Made by a program: the position numbers and the translations under genes
Part shown: positions 1 through 8,348 of the stretch, piece by piece
How the letters are laid out: each line of letters opens with the position of its first letter
Position numbering within the stretch: the stretch's first letter is position 1
The notes under the pieces: model-generated
What the model saw: only the letters and a program-made list of their open reading frames with translations
Told to the model about the DNA's origin: nothing
Databases searched by the model: none
NCBI GenBank assembly: GCA_016179745.1
Contig: JACPCP010000013.1
Span: 35,344-99,343, forward strand
Length of the DNA stretch: 64,000 nt
Reading direction: 5' to 3'
Source: Candidatus Omnitrophota bacterium
GTDB lineage: Bacteria; Omnitrophota; Omnitrophia; Omnitrophales; JACQLI01

Positions 1-452
1 GGATACTCGGGAAGGGCCAGGGCCCTCAAAAGACGGTAGAAGAGGGCTGACAGGAATTTTTTGATCCCCGAATCCTTCCGCCTCTTCCTCACTCCCCACA
101 CCACCTCAAAACCCTTTTCCCACTTTTCGATGAACTGGAGGACCACGTCGGGAGGGTCTTGGAGGTCCGCTGCCAGAATTATGGTCGCATCACCCCGGGC
201 ATGGAAAAGTCCGGCGGTGATGGCGCTGTGGCTGCCGAAATTCCGGGAAAGCGACAAGGCCCGAATCCGGCTGTCCGACTTGACCAGTTCGCCCAGTTTT
301 TCCCAGCTCGAATCCCGGCTGCCGTCGTCCACAAAGATCAATTCGTAGTCGTGGGGAATTTTTGTCAGCGTGGCTCGAAGCCCGTCAACAAACGGAAGGA
401 GACTTTCCTCTTCGTTGAAAACCGGAATCACAAAGGAAATCAGTTTCGGCAC
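1..452 (-). CDS. Glycosyltransferase family 2, polyprenyl-phosphate sugar synthase-like (ArnC/GtrB/DPM1-like); 3' end cut by the window edge; missing from the supplied ORF track
   Basis: Manual minus-strand translation from GTG 452..450 (upstream stop TAA at 456..454) gives VPKLISFVIPVFNEEESLLPFVDGL..YELIFVDDGSRDSSWEKL..LSRNFGSHSAITAGL..ILAADLQDPPD..VWGVRKRRKD. These are classic GT2 N-terminal motifs. The frame is open to position 1. Confidence 0.8.
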   Translation of the reverse strand, partial: MPKLISFVIPVFNEEESLLPFVDGLRATLTKIPHDYELIFVDDGSRDSSWEKLGELVKSDSRIRALSLSRNFGSHSAITAGLFHARGDATIILAADLQDPPDVVLQFIEKWEKGFEVVWGVRKRRKDSGIKKFLSALFYRLLRALALPEY

Positions 453-453
453 C

Positions 454-1722
454 TTAGGTCCCGCAGTTAAAATATTTGTCATAGGCCGTTCCCGGAAGAA
501 GGTTCATCCGGCTCAACACCCCAATCAGCCCTTTGAACCGCCTGAGAAGCGAATAGCGGTTCGGATAATCCCGAAAGGTTTTGGTCGGGCGTTTCATCCA
601 CTCCTCAAGTTCTTCCCTCGTGACCCCCAGCCGCTTGATGCACAAATCGATCACGGAGGGGTCTTCAATCACGTAGGTTTCCTTCATCCTTGCGAGCGCC
701 TCGTCCCGTGACATCTGGCCCGAGCGGACCAGCGCAGAATAATTGAAAATTCTCCGGTCGATCTTGAATTTGACCCGGTAAACATAATGCATCAAACTCT
801 GATACAAGTCGTCATAATAATGGGCGCCGGGGTAAACCCAGCCCAGCTCTCTCTTCAAGATCTCTTCCGCCTCCCGCCGGACATAAGGAACCAGATATAA
901 AACCGGAATCGTTTTGATCCGTTTCCAAAGCGTGTAATAGGCCAGGTGATGAAGGTCCAGATTGAATCCGGGATCCTTCGGGGACCAGCGCCTCAGTTTC
1001 ACGGTCCCAAATTGCTCCTGAATCTTTTTCAGGTAGAAGCCGTCCAGATAATTCCAGGAAAGCGGCGCAATGCCCTCGGTCCGAAACGACTGGCCGATCA
1101 GGATATTTCTGATTCCTTCCCGCACAGCAGTCCCATATAAAGCCGTGGCAATGCCAATATCGGTTGAAATGTTAATGCCGGGGACGGAGGCCTTTAGGAA
1201 GGAAATCTTCAAATCCTTGGCCTCCCGCCAATCCGAGGTGACCGTCCTCATCTCCACTCCCAGCCGCTCAACCGCCTGGGTCATATTCTCACCGGCGACG
1301 GGGTTGCCGAACCCGTTATTAAAGTGCACAGCAAGCGGCCGAAGCCCCCACACCCGTTTGGCGAGGTATAACGTGTAAGTGCTGTCCCGGCCTCCGCTGA
1401 CTCCAATCAGGCAGTCATATTTTTTTTTCCGGCCATCCCGCTTGATTTTCGAAAGGTGACTCTCAAGCTTTTTGGCACCGGAGGCATTTAAGGGAAAAGT
1501 CTTCTCGAGTTTGTCGTGAACCTCGCAAAAATTACAAATCCCCTCGGAGTCAAACGCCACGCCCGGCACCGCAGCGTCCATAATGCAGCGAGTGCAGACC
1601 TGAACAGACGGAGGACTAGCGGTCGGCGAGGAGCTCACGGACTCTTTCTGAATAATCGGCCCACTGAACTTTGTTTGCATAGTCTTTATAGCGTTGAAAG
1701 TGATAGGCATTGCTGTAAGCAT
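454..1722 (-). CDS. N-acetyl sugar amidotransferase (WbpG/WbuX family; Zn-ribbon + PP-loop ATP pyrophosphatase), paralog 1
   Basis: 4-Cys ribbon CTRCIMDAAVPGVAFDSEGICNFCEVHD, then PP-loop IGVSGGRDSTYTLY. About two-thirds identical by eye to ORF 41796..43004. Start uncertain: in-frame ATGs at 1722, 1710 and 1680 and GTG at 1638 all overlap the upstream gene end at 1616. Confidence 0.85.
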   Translation of the reverse strand: MLTAMPITFNAIKTMQTKFSGPIIQKESVSSSPTASPPSVQVCTRCIMDAAVPGVAFDSEGICNFCEVHDKLEKTFPLNASGAKKLESHLSKIKRDGRKKKYDCLIGVSGGRDSTYTLYLAKRVWGLRPLAVHFNNGFGNPVAGENMTQAVERLGVEMRTVTSDWREAKDLKISFLKASVPGINISTDIGIATALYGTAVREGIRNILIGQSFRTEGIAPLSWNYLDGFYLKKIQEQFGTVKLRRWSPKDPGFNLDLHHLAYYTLWKRIKTIPVLYLVPYVRREAEEILKRELGWVYPGAHYYDDLYQSLMHYVYRVKFKIDRRIFNYSALVRSGQMSRDEALARMKETYVIEDPSVIDLCIKRLGVTREELEEWMKRPTKTFRDYPNRYSLLRRFKGLIGVLSRMNLLPGTAYDKYFNCGT

Positions 1723-2896
1723 TCAAAATCAAAACATAAAGGAGCGTCACCGAGCCCAGAACCAGCCCGCTCTTGGAGGATTCCAAACGGCAGATTTCGA
1801 AAAACCGGGCTCCGCAAAAACCGGCCAGGATACTAAAACCAACGCCCGGAAAATACAAATACCGGCTGACATGCTCAAACAGGCGGGCGTCCAACATAAA
1901 GGGCAAAACGGTGATCCCCATCCACGCCAGCGAAAATCCATAGACCCTTTTCGGGATTCCCTCCCGCCAGAGTTTGAATCTCCCCTTTCGACTCAGAAAA
2001 ATGAGCAGGGGAATCAACAAAAGGGCGGCGGGCAAAAGCCGAAGCAAAGTTTCCGGCAGAAAGGCCGGAGACAGAAATCCCTTTTCCGGCAGAAACAACG
2101 GGCGGATCAGCATCTCAATCAGGCTGACGATTTTCAAAAGAACGAGGCCGGCCGTGGGGACGACGAGCGAGCTCGAGCGAAGGATGGCGCTTACCGAACC
2201 GTGAAAGAGGAAGAAGCACCACAGGAAATCCCAGAGAAAGAAAATTGCAACCGGTAGGAGCCAGGCCCATCGTCTTTTTGTCTGCCTGGGTTTGATCCAG
2301 ATACCCAAAAAGAGGGCCACGAAAGGCCAAGTCACAGCGCTCTCATTCGCCAAAAGGGCCCCGCCTCCCAGAAGGGCCGCCCCAAGAACTAATCGAACCC
2401 TCCCCTGCCGAAGGAAATCAACCCAGGCCAGCACCGCCGTCAGAACCATCATCAAAGCAATGGGCCTGCCCGCCTGAATCCAGACAAAAACCTGGTAATA
2501 AGCGCTCGAAAAAAGAAACAGCAAGCCGCTTAAAATTCCTGCCCCGGCACTGGCGAATAACTTCCGGCAAAGGCCTGCCACCAAAAGCGCATTCACGAAA
2601 TGAACCAGGAAATGAACGATGTAATAGCCTGTGATGTTCGACCCGAACCATGATTTTTCGATGAACAGGAGATAAAACCAAAAGGGATGGAACCGTCCGT
2701 CTTCGTCCCTCGCCCACGCCGCACCCGGATGCGAGGCAAGGTCTCTGATCTGTAAAAAACTGTAGTAATCATCATTGAAAAAGGGAGCCCGGCTCGCCGG
2801 CGGTGTCAGAATCAGGAGAAATACAAAAAAGGCGCTCAGTAAAATGAAAAATGTCAAAGCGCCGGAACGGGACTTCTCGGTCCATGAAAGCCGCAT
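1616..2896 (-). CDS. Polytopic membrane protein, GT-C-like candidate glycosyltransferase
   Basis: ORF track gives 1616..2992. I prefer ATG 2896, which has AGGAG at 2910..2906 just after the upstream stop 2913..2911. Many hydrophobic segments. The first loop FFNDDYYSFLQIRD resembles the acidic loop of GT-C enzymes. Confidence 0.55.
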   Translation of the reverse strand: MRLSWTEKSRSGALTFFILLSAFFVFLLILTPPASRAPFFNDDYYSFLQIRDLASHPGAAWARDEDGRFHPFWFYLLFIEKSWFGSNITGYYIVHFLVHFVNALLVAGLCRKLFASAGAGILSGLLFLFSSAYYQVFVWIQAGRPIALMMVLTAVLAWVDFLRQGRVRLVLGAALLGGGALLANESAVTWPFVALFLGIWIKPRQTKRRWAWLLPVAIFFLWDFLWCFFLFHGSVSAILRSSSLVVPTAGLVLLKIVSLIEMLIRPLFLPEKGFLSPAFLPETLLRLLPAALLLIPLLIFLSRKGRFKLWREGIPKRVYGFSLAWMGITVLPFMLDARLFEHVSRYLYFPGVGFSILAGFCGARFFEICRLESSKSGLVLGSVTLLYVLILNAYSNAYHFQRYKDYANKVQWADYSERVRELLADR

Positions 2897-2910
2897 CTGA
2901 AACAACTCCT

Positions 2911-4929
2911 TTAGACGGGGTATAATTTTGGCATCTGATTGATGATCCGAATGGCCTCGGCCAAATCGATCCCGTTCGTCTCCCCATACCATCGGATCGA
3001 GTCCGGACGGGGCCGGTTTTCCTCCCCGGCTTCCCTCAGGGCCTTTTCCCGGGAAATCAATCCCTGCCGGATTTGATTGCTCCGGAAGGTGTCGTTTTCC
3101 GTAAAACCGGCGACCGTGTAGTAAATGTAATTATAAAAAGCGGCCGTGCCGTCGCCGATCCGCCATGTCGTTGGGGTATCTGCTCGGGTTTCCCAATCAT
3201 ACCGGTCCCGCAGAGTCTCGAGGATCCGGCCTTCCTCCCATTCAATGTATTCGTAGAAATTATGATAGTCGTGCCCGATCAGATAATACGAGGCAAAGCC
3301 GGATAAGGTGTCCCCCACGGAACGATTCAAATAGGCTGGATTTAACAAATACTCCTTTCCATAGTAGACGGCGAGCTCGAGCCGGTCACGAAGCGAGAGG
3401 TCGTAATGCCGTTCCCGTTTTCGCCGCTCTTGAATGCCGCTGAAGGCGACTTTAAAATCTGTCCGTTCCAGAGCATTCATCCCAAAAAAAAGCAGGGGGG
3501 TATCAAGCTGCTTGCGTAACATTCGGCCGTAGAAGAAAAACTGCTTGTCCCCGGCCATAAAAAGGGGAACGGTCCCCAGCCGGGGCCGCTTGAGCCAGGC
3601 ATTCACATTCTGCCGGATAAACTCCCGCTTCTTTTGAATATCCGCCGAAATCAGGATGTGTTCCACTCCCAGTTTGCCGCACAGGCGGGAAATGTTCCGG
3701 CGGGCCAAGGGCGTCACCATCCCCCAGTCATAGGTAAACGCCACGGGATTCATTCCGAGTTCTGCCTTGAGGGTGTGAAGCATGAAGGAACTGTCCCGTC
3801 CCCCGCTCGCCGCCACAATGCAGTCGGGTTCGCCGTTGGTTTTCCGGTGTGGGGCCGCCAACTCTTCAAGGGCCGAAACGCCCCTGTATTTCACAGGAGA
3901 GAAAGTCCGGCAGACATTACAGATCCCTTCGTCATCAAACAAAATAAAAGGGAGGGTCTCGGAAAGAATGCAACGGCGGCATCGTTTGAGGCGGTCGATG
4001 GCCGGACGGTTATCCTGCAAAAGAGATTCCCACCCTGATGGCCGAAGGAGGCTTCCATCCTTCCCCTCTCCCCCTCTGGGGGTAAACGGCCTACTAGAAA
4101 TGTCTGAGATTCTTCGGGCCTTGCCATTGGGTTTTAATTCCTGAACTCCGGTTTCTTGAGTCTCAAGACTAAGAAACTGGACACTCAGGTCTGAGGTCTG
4201 AATCAAACAAGCGCTTCCGGCTTTTAAGTGCGTCACTTCAGAGGAAGCAAGGCCGGGGAATTTCGCCATGAGCGTTTTCAGCATAGAACGTTCCGAGGCA
4301 AATACCACTGCCCTGGGAGCAGGACAAAAACCCAGGTAGAGCGACCCATTATTGGAAGCGAGTAACAGATAATCCAGTTTGTCAAACAATGCTGCGATCG
4401 ATGCCATGCCTTCTATCCGGCGATACGTGCTTCGAACCGATTCCACGAGCGAGGCTCCCTGACGGTAGTGGTGCCCCATCAGGGCGGGAATGATCTCGGT
4501 ATCCACTTCCAGTTCACGCCGAAGCTCGGGAAACTCCAGCCACAGTTCGGCGGGGTTGACAATAATGCCGTTATGGACCGTCACGATCCCTTCCCTGCAC
4601 ACGGGCTGGTTATTGCCGTGCACCCGATAGGAACCGTCGGTCTCCATGCGGGCGTGACCGATCAAGGCCGCCGGTTGACGGATTGTTTGGCGGGAGTTTT
4701 TGCTGAAAGCGAAGTCGAAAAACTGCCGGTAATCCCAGCTCCTCATGATCTGACTCGGGGACACTGCCCGCTTCATCACCCGGATCTGATCCCCTGTCAT
4801 CAAGGCAAGGCCCGACGCCTCTTTCCCTCTTGATTCCGAGAGTTTGAACAACTCCCCCACGACCGATCGGAAGGAGGCCGTATCAAAATGAGAGGTTTCG
4901 TTTACAGCGAGACCAAAGATTCCGCACAT
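2911..4929 (-). CDS. Fusion protein: class II (Ntn) glutamine amidotransferase domain + WbpG/WbuX-type Zn-ribbon/PP-loop sugar amidotransferase
   Basis: N-terminus MCGIFGLAV (Cys2 nucleophile), GHARMETDG and VHNGIIVNPAELW are class II GATase motifs. The C-terminal half has CRRCILSETLPFILFDDEGICNVCRTF followed by the PP-loop VAASGGRDSSFMLH. Confidence 0.8.
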   Translation of the reverse strand: MCGIFGLAVNETSHFDTASFRSVVGELFKLSESRGKEASGLALMTGDQIRVMKRAVSPSQIMRSWDYRQFFDFAFSKNSRQTIRQPAALIGHARMETDGSYRVHGNNQPVCREGIVTVHNGIIVNPAELWLEFPELRRELEVDTEIIPALMGHHYRQGASLVESVRSTYRRIEGMASIAALFDKLDYLLLASNNGSLYLGFCPAPRAVVFASERSMLKTLMAKFPGLASSEVTHLKAGSACLIQTSDLSVQFLSLETQETGVQELKPNGKARRISDISSRPFTPRGGEGKDGSLLRPSGWESLLQDNRPAIDRLKRCRRCILSETLPFILFDDEGICNVCRTFSPVKYRGVSALEELAAPHRKTNGEPDCIVAASGGRDSSFMLHTLKAELGMNPVAFTYDWGMVTPLARRNISRLCGKLGVEHILISADIQKKREFIRQNVNAWLKRPRLGTVPLFMAGDKQFFFYGRMLRKQLDTPLLFFGMNALERTDFKVAFSGIQERRKRERHYDLSLRDRLELAVYYGKEYLLNPAYLNRSVGDTLSGFASYYLIGHDYHNFYEYIEWEEGRILETLRDRYDWETRADTPTTWRIGDGTAAFYNYIYYTVAGFTENDTFRSNQIRQGLISREKALREAGEENRPRPDSIRWYGETNGIDLAEAIRIINQMPKLYPV

Positions 4930-4938
4930 GGGTTTGAT

Positions 4939-5838
4939 TCAGAGTTTCTCGAGGACCCCGTATTGGATGTCACCCGTCGGCACGTAGAAAGCCCAATTCC
5001 GAGTCAACGGAAGCTGGAAGAGCTTGAGCCACCAGGTTGGGATCAACCTTGGGAAGATGCGTTTCCATTTGTAAAAGATGAATCCGACGTTGGACCAGCG
5101 TCCTTGGCTCTCCCAGCTCACGAGCCTGCAATTCAACCGGTGTTCTGAAAAATACTCAAGGCTTTTCCTGGTGAAAAAACTCAGGTGTTCGGGCGGCGTC
5201 ATGAACCACCAAAATCTTCCCAGGAGCCGTGCGGCCCAAGAACCGAAATTTGGCGTGGAGAGGAACAGGTGGCCCCCGGGTTTCAAATAATCACACAATC
5301 GATTCAAGAGCCCGAGCGGGTCTCTCACATGCTCAATGACATCCCACAGGACAATGCCCTCAAAAAAACCGGATGGGTAAACCGCATCTTCAATAAAGCC
5401 GGCCCGCAATCGAGGCCCCGAAAGAAGAGCTTTCTTCTTGGCCTTCTCGATCGCCGCCTCTGAAACATCAATCCCCCACATTGTATATTCGTCTTCTGCA
5501 TAACGAATAAAATCGCCGGTTGCACAACCGACCTCAAGGACATTGGCCTTTGGTTGATTGATAAACTGGCGGAGGAGATTGAAGCGCCGCTCATTTTCTT
5601 TGTTTAAGGTGGCCAGATCCTCATACTTCTGGGGTTTGAAGAAATCTTCTGAATAGATCCCTTTGATTTCATCTTTCCCTGTCTTCCTCAATACCTGGGC
5701 AAATCCGCATTGCCTGCATTGGTAAAGCTCGTAGCTCCTGACTCGAGACAAGAACGTGGCGCCCGAGCAAATGGGGCAGAAGGAATTGTTTTTTACGGAG
5801 TCGGGGTATATTTTTTGGCTTTTCTCAAGTCCCGGCAC
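4939..5838 (-). CDS. Class I SAM-dependent methyltransferase with N-terminal Zn-ribbon
   Basis: CPICSG..CRQCG ribbon. Motif I VLEVGCATGDF. Post-motif VLWDVIEHVRDP..LKPGGHLFLSTPN. Same architecture as the N-domain of ORF 17999..20974. Confidence 0.85.
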   Translation of the reverse strand: MPGLEKSQKIYPDSVKNNSFCPICSGATFLSRVRSYELYQCRQCGFAQVLRKTGKDEIKGIYSEDFFKPQKYEDLATLNKENERRFNLLRQFINQPKANVLEVGCATGDFIRYAEDEYTMWGIDVSEAAIEKAKKKALLSGPRLRAGFIEDAVYPSGFFEGIVLWDVIEHVRDPLGLLNRLCDYLKPGGHLFLSTPNFGSWAARLLGRFWWFMTPPEHLSFFTRKSLEYFSEHRLNCRLVSWESQGRWSNVGFIFYKWKRIFPRLIPTWWLKLFQLPLTRNWAFYVPTGDIQYGVLEKL

Positions 5839-5839
5839 T

Positions 5840-6700
5840 TTATCTCCTGTTGAGTTCCCTTCGGACCGAAGAGATTTGTTCGCAGACCACGCCCAGGAAG
5901 AAGATGAGGAGGCCGGTGATAAAAAGCAAAACCATGGAGGCCGTCACATGAACCCGGACCCAGAGGCAATAGAGGGCAAAATAGATCACGCTCGCCGCCA
6001 TCGAGAAAAGGGCCGGGGGCAGAAAAAAACGCAAGGGTTCAAAGAGGACTGTCAGGTTCACAATCAACATGAGGACATTGAGGCTGTCCCGAAAGATCCG
6101 AACTGAACTCCTTCGTCCGCTCCGGGGGTTGACCTCAATCGGAACGGCACGCACCCGGTAGCCCATTTTATACAGGGCCACCGTGCTCGTGGTGGAGAGA
6201 GAAAACCCGTCCGGAAAGAGATGAAGACAGCTACGGAAAGCCTCTGTCCGAAATGCCCTGAGACCGGAATTAAAATCGGGGACTTTCTCCCGAACCAGCC
6301 AATTGACAAAGGCGCCCAAAATTTTCCTGCCGAGTCTCCGCCAGCCGTCTTCGAAAGGGTCACGGTTTCGAGCCCCAATCACAAGATCCGAGGATTCCAT
6401 CACCTCCGTCAGACAGAGAAGATCTTTCAGTCGGTGTTGGCCGTCGGCGTCGAAAAATACGACATATTCGGTAGAAACTGACCGGACTCCAGTTTTTAAA
6501 GCCGCCCCGTAGCCCCGATTCCTCGGATGGGAAAGGAGCGTCGCCTTCCGGCACCGAACCCTCTCAGCCGTTCGGTCGGTCGAGCCGTCATCCACCACAA
6601 TGATTTCCCGGCAGCCGGGCGGTTTCCCCAGTTCGTCCAGAACTCCGCCGATCACGTTCTCCTCGTTATAAACAGGAATCACAATGGAATAATCAGCCAC
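5840..6700 (-). CDS. GT2 polyprenyl-phosphate glycosyltransferase (GtrB/ArnC/DPM1-like) with C-terminal TM hairpin
   Basis: YSIVIPVYNEENVI, IIVVDDGSTDRT, FFDADGQH. Two C-terminal hydrophobic helices (LMLIVNLTVLF.., MVLLFITGLLIFFLGVV). Confidence 0.85.
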   Translation of the reverse strand: MADYSIVIPVYNEENVIGGVLDELGKPPGCREIIVVDDGSTDRTAERVRCRKATLLSHPRNRGYGAALKTGVRSVSTEYVVFFDADGQHRLKDLLCLTEVMESSDLVIGARNRDPFEDGWRRLGRKILGAFVNWLVREKVPDFNSGLRAFRTEAFRSCLHLFPDGFSLSTTSTVALYKMGYRVRAVPIEVNPRSGRRSSVRIFRDSLNVLMLIVNLTVLFEPLRFFLPPALFSMAASVIYFALYCLWVRVHVTASMVLLFITGLLIFFLGVVCEQISSVRRELNRR

Positions 6701-6734
6701 GGAATCTCTCCTTCTCTCGGCTTTGCCGCCGGCC

Positions 6735-8348
6735 TTATTTTACGAGCCTGACGGCGAGGGTGAACGGATCCTCTTCTACGACTTCGTATTTCAAGTTCCC
6801 CAGGTATTCCTTCCAATCAAACTTTCTCGAAGTAAAACAGGGGATCTCCTTGTCCAAAATCAAATAGCCTTCCCGGGAGGTGCCCTGAATGTCCGCCAGG
6901 ACCATCTCCCCGGACACCCGGTTCGTAATCCGGCAGGGCCGTGCCCAGACATAACTCAAAAAGGTCGGATTATTGCTGGCTACGATATCATGATTTTTGA
7001 TCTCGGTTCCGGCAAGTTTAAAGACCCACGGGGAATTCTCAAAGGCTGAAAACGAGGCCCCCTCGACCGGGGAGGGACGGGCCAGAACCGTCTCCCGGAT
7101 CGACTTCAGATTATTAAGCGAATGAAAAAAAAGACTCAAAACAAGAAATCCCAGCAAGCCTACGACGGGTGCAGATCTCCACCGTTTGAAGCCCGCCAAA
7201 TGATTCTGAGCCCCAGTCAAACGATCAATCACGATCAGAACGGACAGAAAAACAATCGGGCAGAGGATCGTAAAGTAGCGGGGGGTCTCGCCGAATCCGT
7301 TTTTCAATCTGAAAAAATTCAGGGCAAGGAAGTGAAGCGCCACCGTCAGAAGAGAAAGCCGGAGAAAATCAAGTTGCGTCTGATGGGCCCAGGGCCTTTG
7401 CCTCATTCGCCAAAGTGCCACGGCCGAAAGTGCCCCGATCGACAGAAATAAAAAGGCGGGAATAAACGCCAAGTCTTGAAGGGTCCATCGATACGTTGAG
7501 AAACCTACGATGAATTCAACCGCATTCCGGATAAAATCGGCCTCCACCTTCAGAAAATCTTCAAAAAAAGGGCGGGAGGGAAAAACCTCCAGGAAGGTAA
7601 GGTGACCGCCGAGCCATTGATTCCTCGCCAACCACCCGCCCATCCCCAAAACAACCGGTAGAAGAAAGAGGGAGATTTCAAGGCTGATTTTTCGGTCTTT
7701 ACCCCTCCGGCGGGCCCAAAGAAAGAAAGCGGCTGACGAGCCTGCGGTAAACAAACCGGAATAGCGGGTCAGGCAAAGAAACAGGACGGCCACGCCCGTG
7801 ACGAAGAACCAGAATCTTCGTTCTCCCCGCTGATCGCACTGGACGGCCTTCAAACAACCCACCATTGAAAATCCGAGGAAGGCCATAAACAGGGGTTCGC
7901 TGAGCGCCGTATTGAAATAGCGCCAGCTCGCCGGAGAAACAAGGACCAGGACGCTGGCCATGATTTGAAAAAGTTTCTCTCTGAAAATCATCACAATCAG
8001 CCCATAAAAGGAAAGATAGTAACCCAGCAGGGCAAGAAAATTAACAAGGCGCAGGGAGTAAATTTCATTCCATCCGGTCAGGTTCATGACCCAGGCAATG
8101 GCAAGACTGAGGAACGGTTGATAGTCGATTTGAGGAATGACCTCTTCGGAGATCAAGCTGTAGGCCGAAAATCCCAGCCCTTGATGGATGAGCCTGGCGC
8201 CCTCGAGATAACGAGCGCCATCCGAAGTGATTTCGGTCGGGAAACAAAGTAGAAAGAACCCCAAGACAGCCATCACAAAAAGGCCGGCTGTAAAATTCAC
8301 TGACGGACTGTGAACTCGCAGCCGTTTAGGGAGAAGATCCGAGATCAT
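6735..8348 (-). CDS. Polytopic membrane protein, GT-C-like (ArnT/PMT-type) candidate glycosyltransferase
   Basis: 537 aa with more than 10 hydrophobic segments. First loop EITSDGARYLEGARLIHQGLGF resembles the D-x-x-Y/acidic loop of the GT39/GT83 families. C-terminal ~110 aa soluble domain. Confidence 0.6.
   Translation of the reverse strand: MISDLLPKRLRVHSPSVNFTAGLFVMAVLGFFLLCFPTEITSDGARYLEGARLIHQGLGFSAYSLISEEVIPQIDYQPFLSLAIAWVMNLTGWNEIYSLRLVNFLALLGYYLSFYGLIVMIFREKLFQIMASVLVLVSPASWRYFNTALSEPLFMAFLGFSMVGCLKAVQCDQRGERRFWFFVTGVAVLFLCLTRYSGLFTAGSSAAFFLWARRRGKDRKISLEISLFLLPVVLGMGGWLARNQWLGGHLTFLEVFPSRPFFEDFLKVEADFIRNAVEFIVGFSTYRWTLQDLAFIPAFLFLSIGALSAVALWRMRQRPWAHQTQLDFLRLSLLTVALHFLALNFFRLKNGFGETPRYFTILCPIVFLSVLIVIDRLTGAQNHLAGFKRWRSAPVVGLLGFLVLSLFFHSLNNLKSIRETVLARPSPVEGASFSAFENSPWVFKLAGTEIKNHDIVASNNPTFLSYVWARPCRITNRVSGEMVLADIQGTSREGYLILDKEIPCFTSRKFDWKEYLGNLKYEVVEEDPFTLAVRLVK

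Noticed and set aside
61-711. Plus-strand ORFs at the left edge (61..348, 159..470, 370..711).
   Set aside because: They are shadows of the minus-strand GT2 gene (1..452) and the amidotransferase gene. The minus-strand translation gives textbook GT2 motifs.
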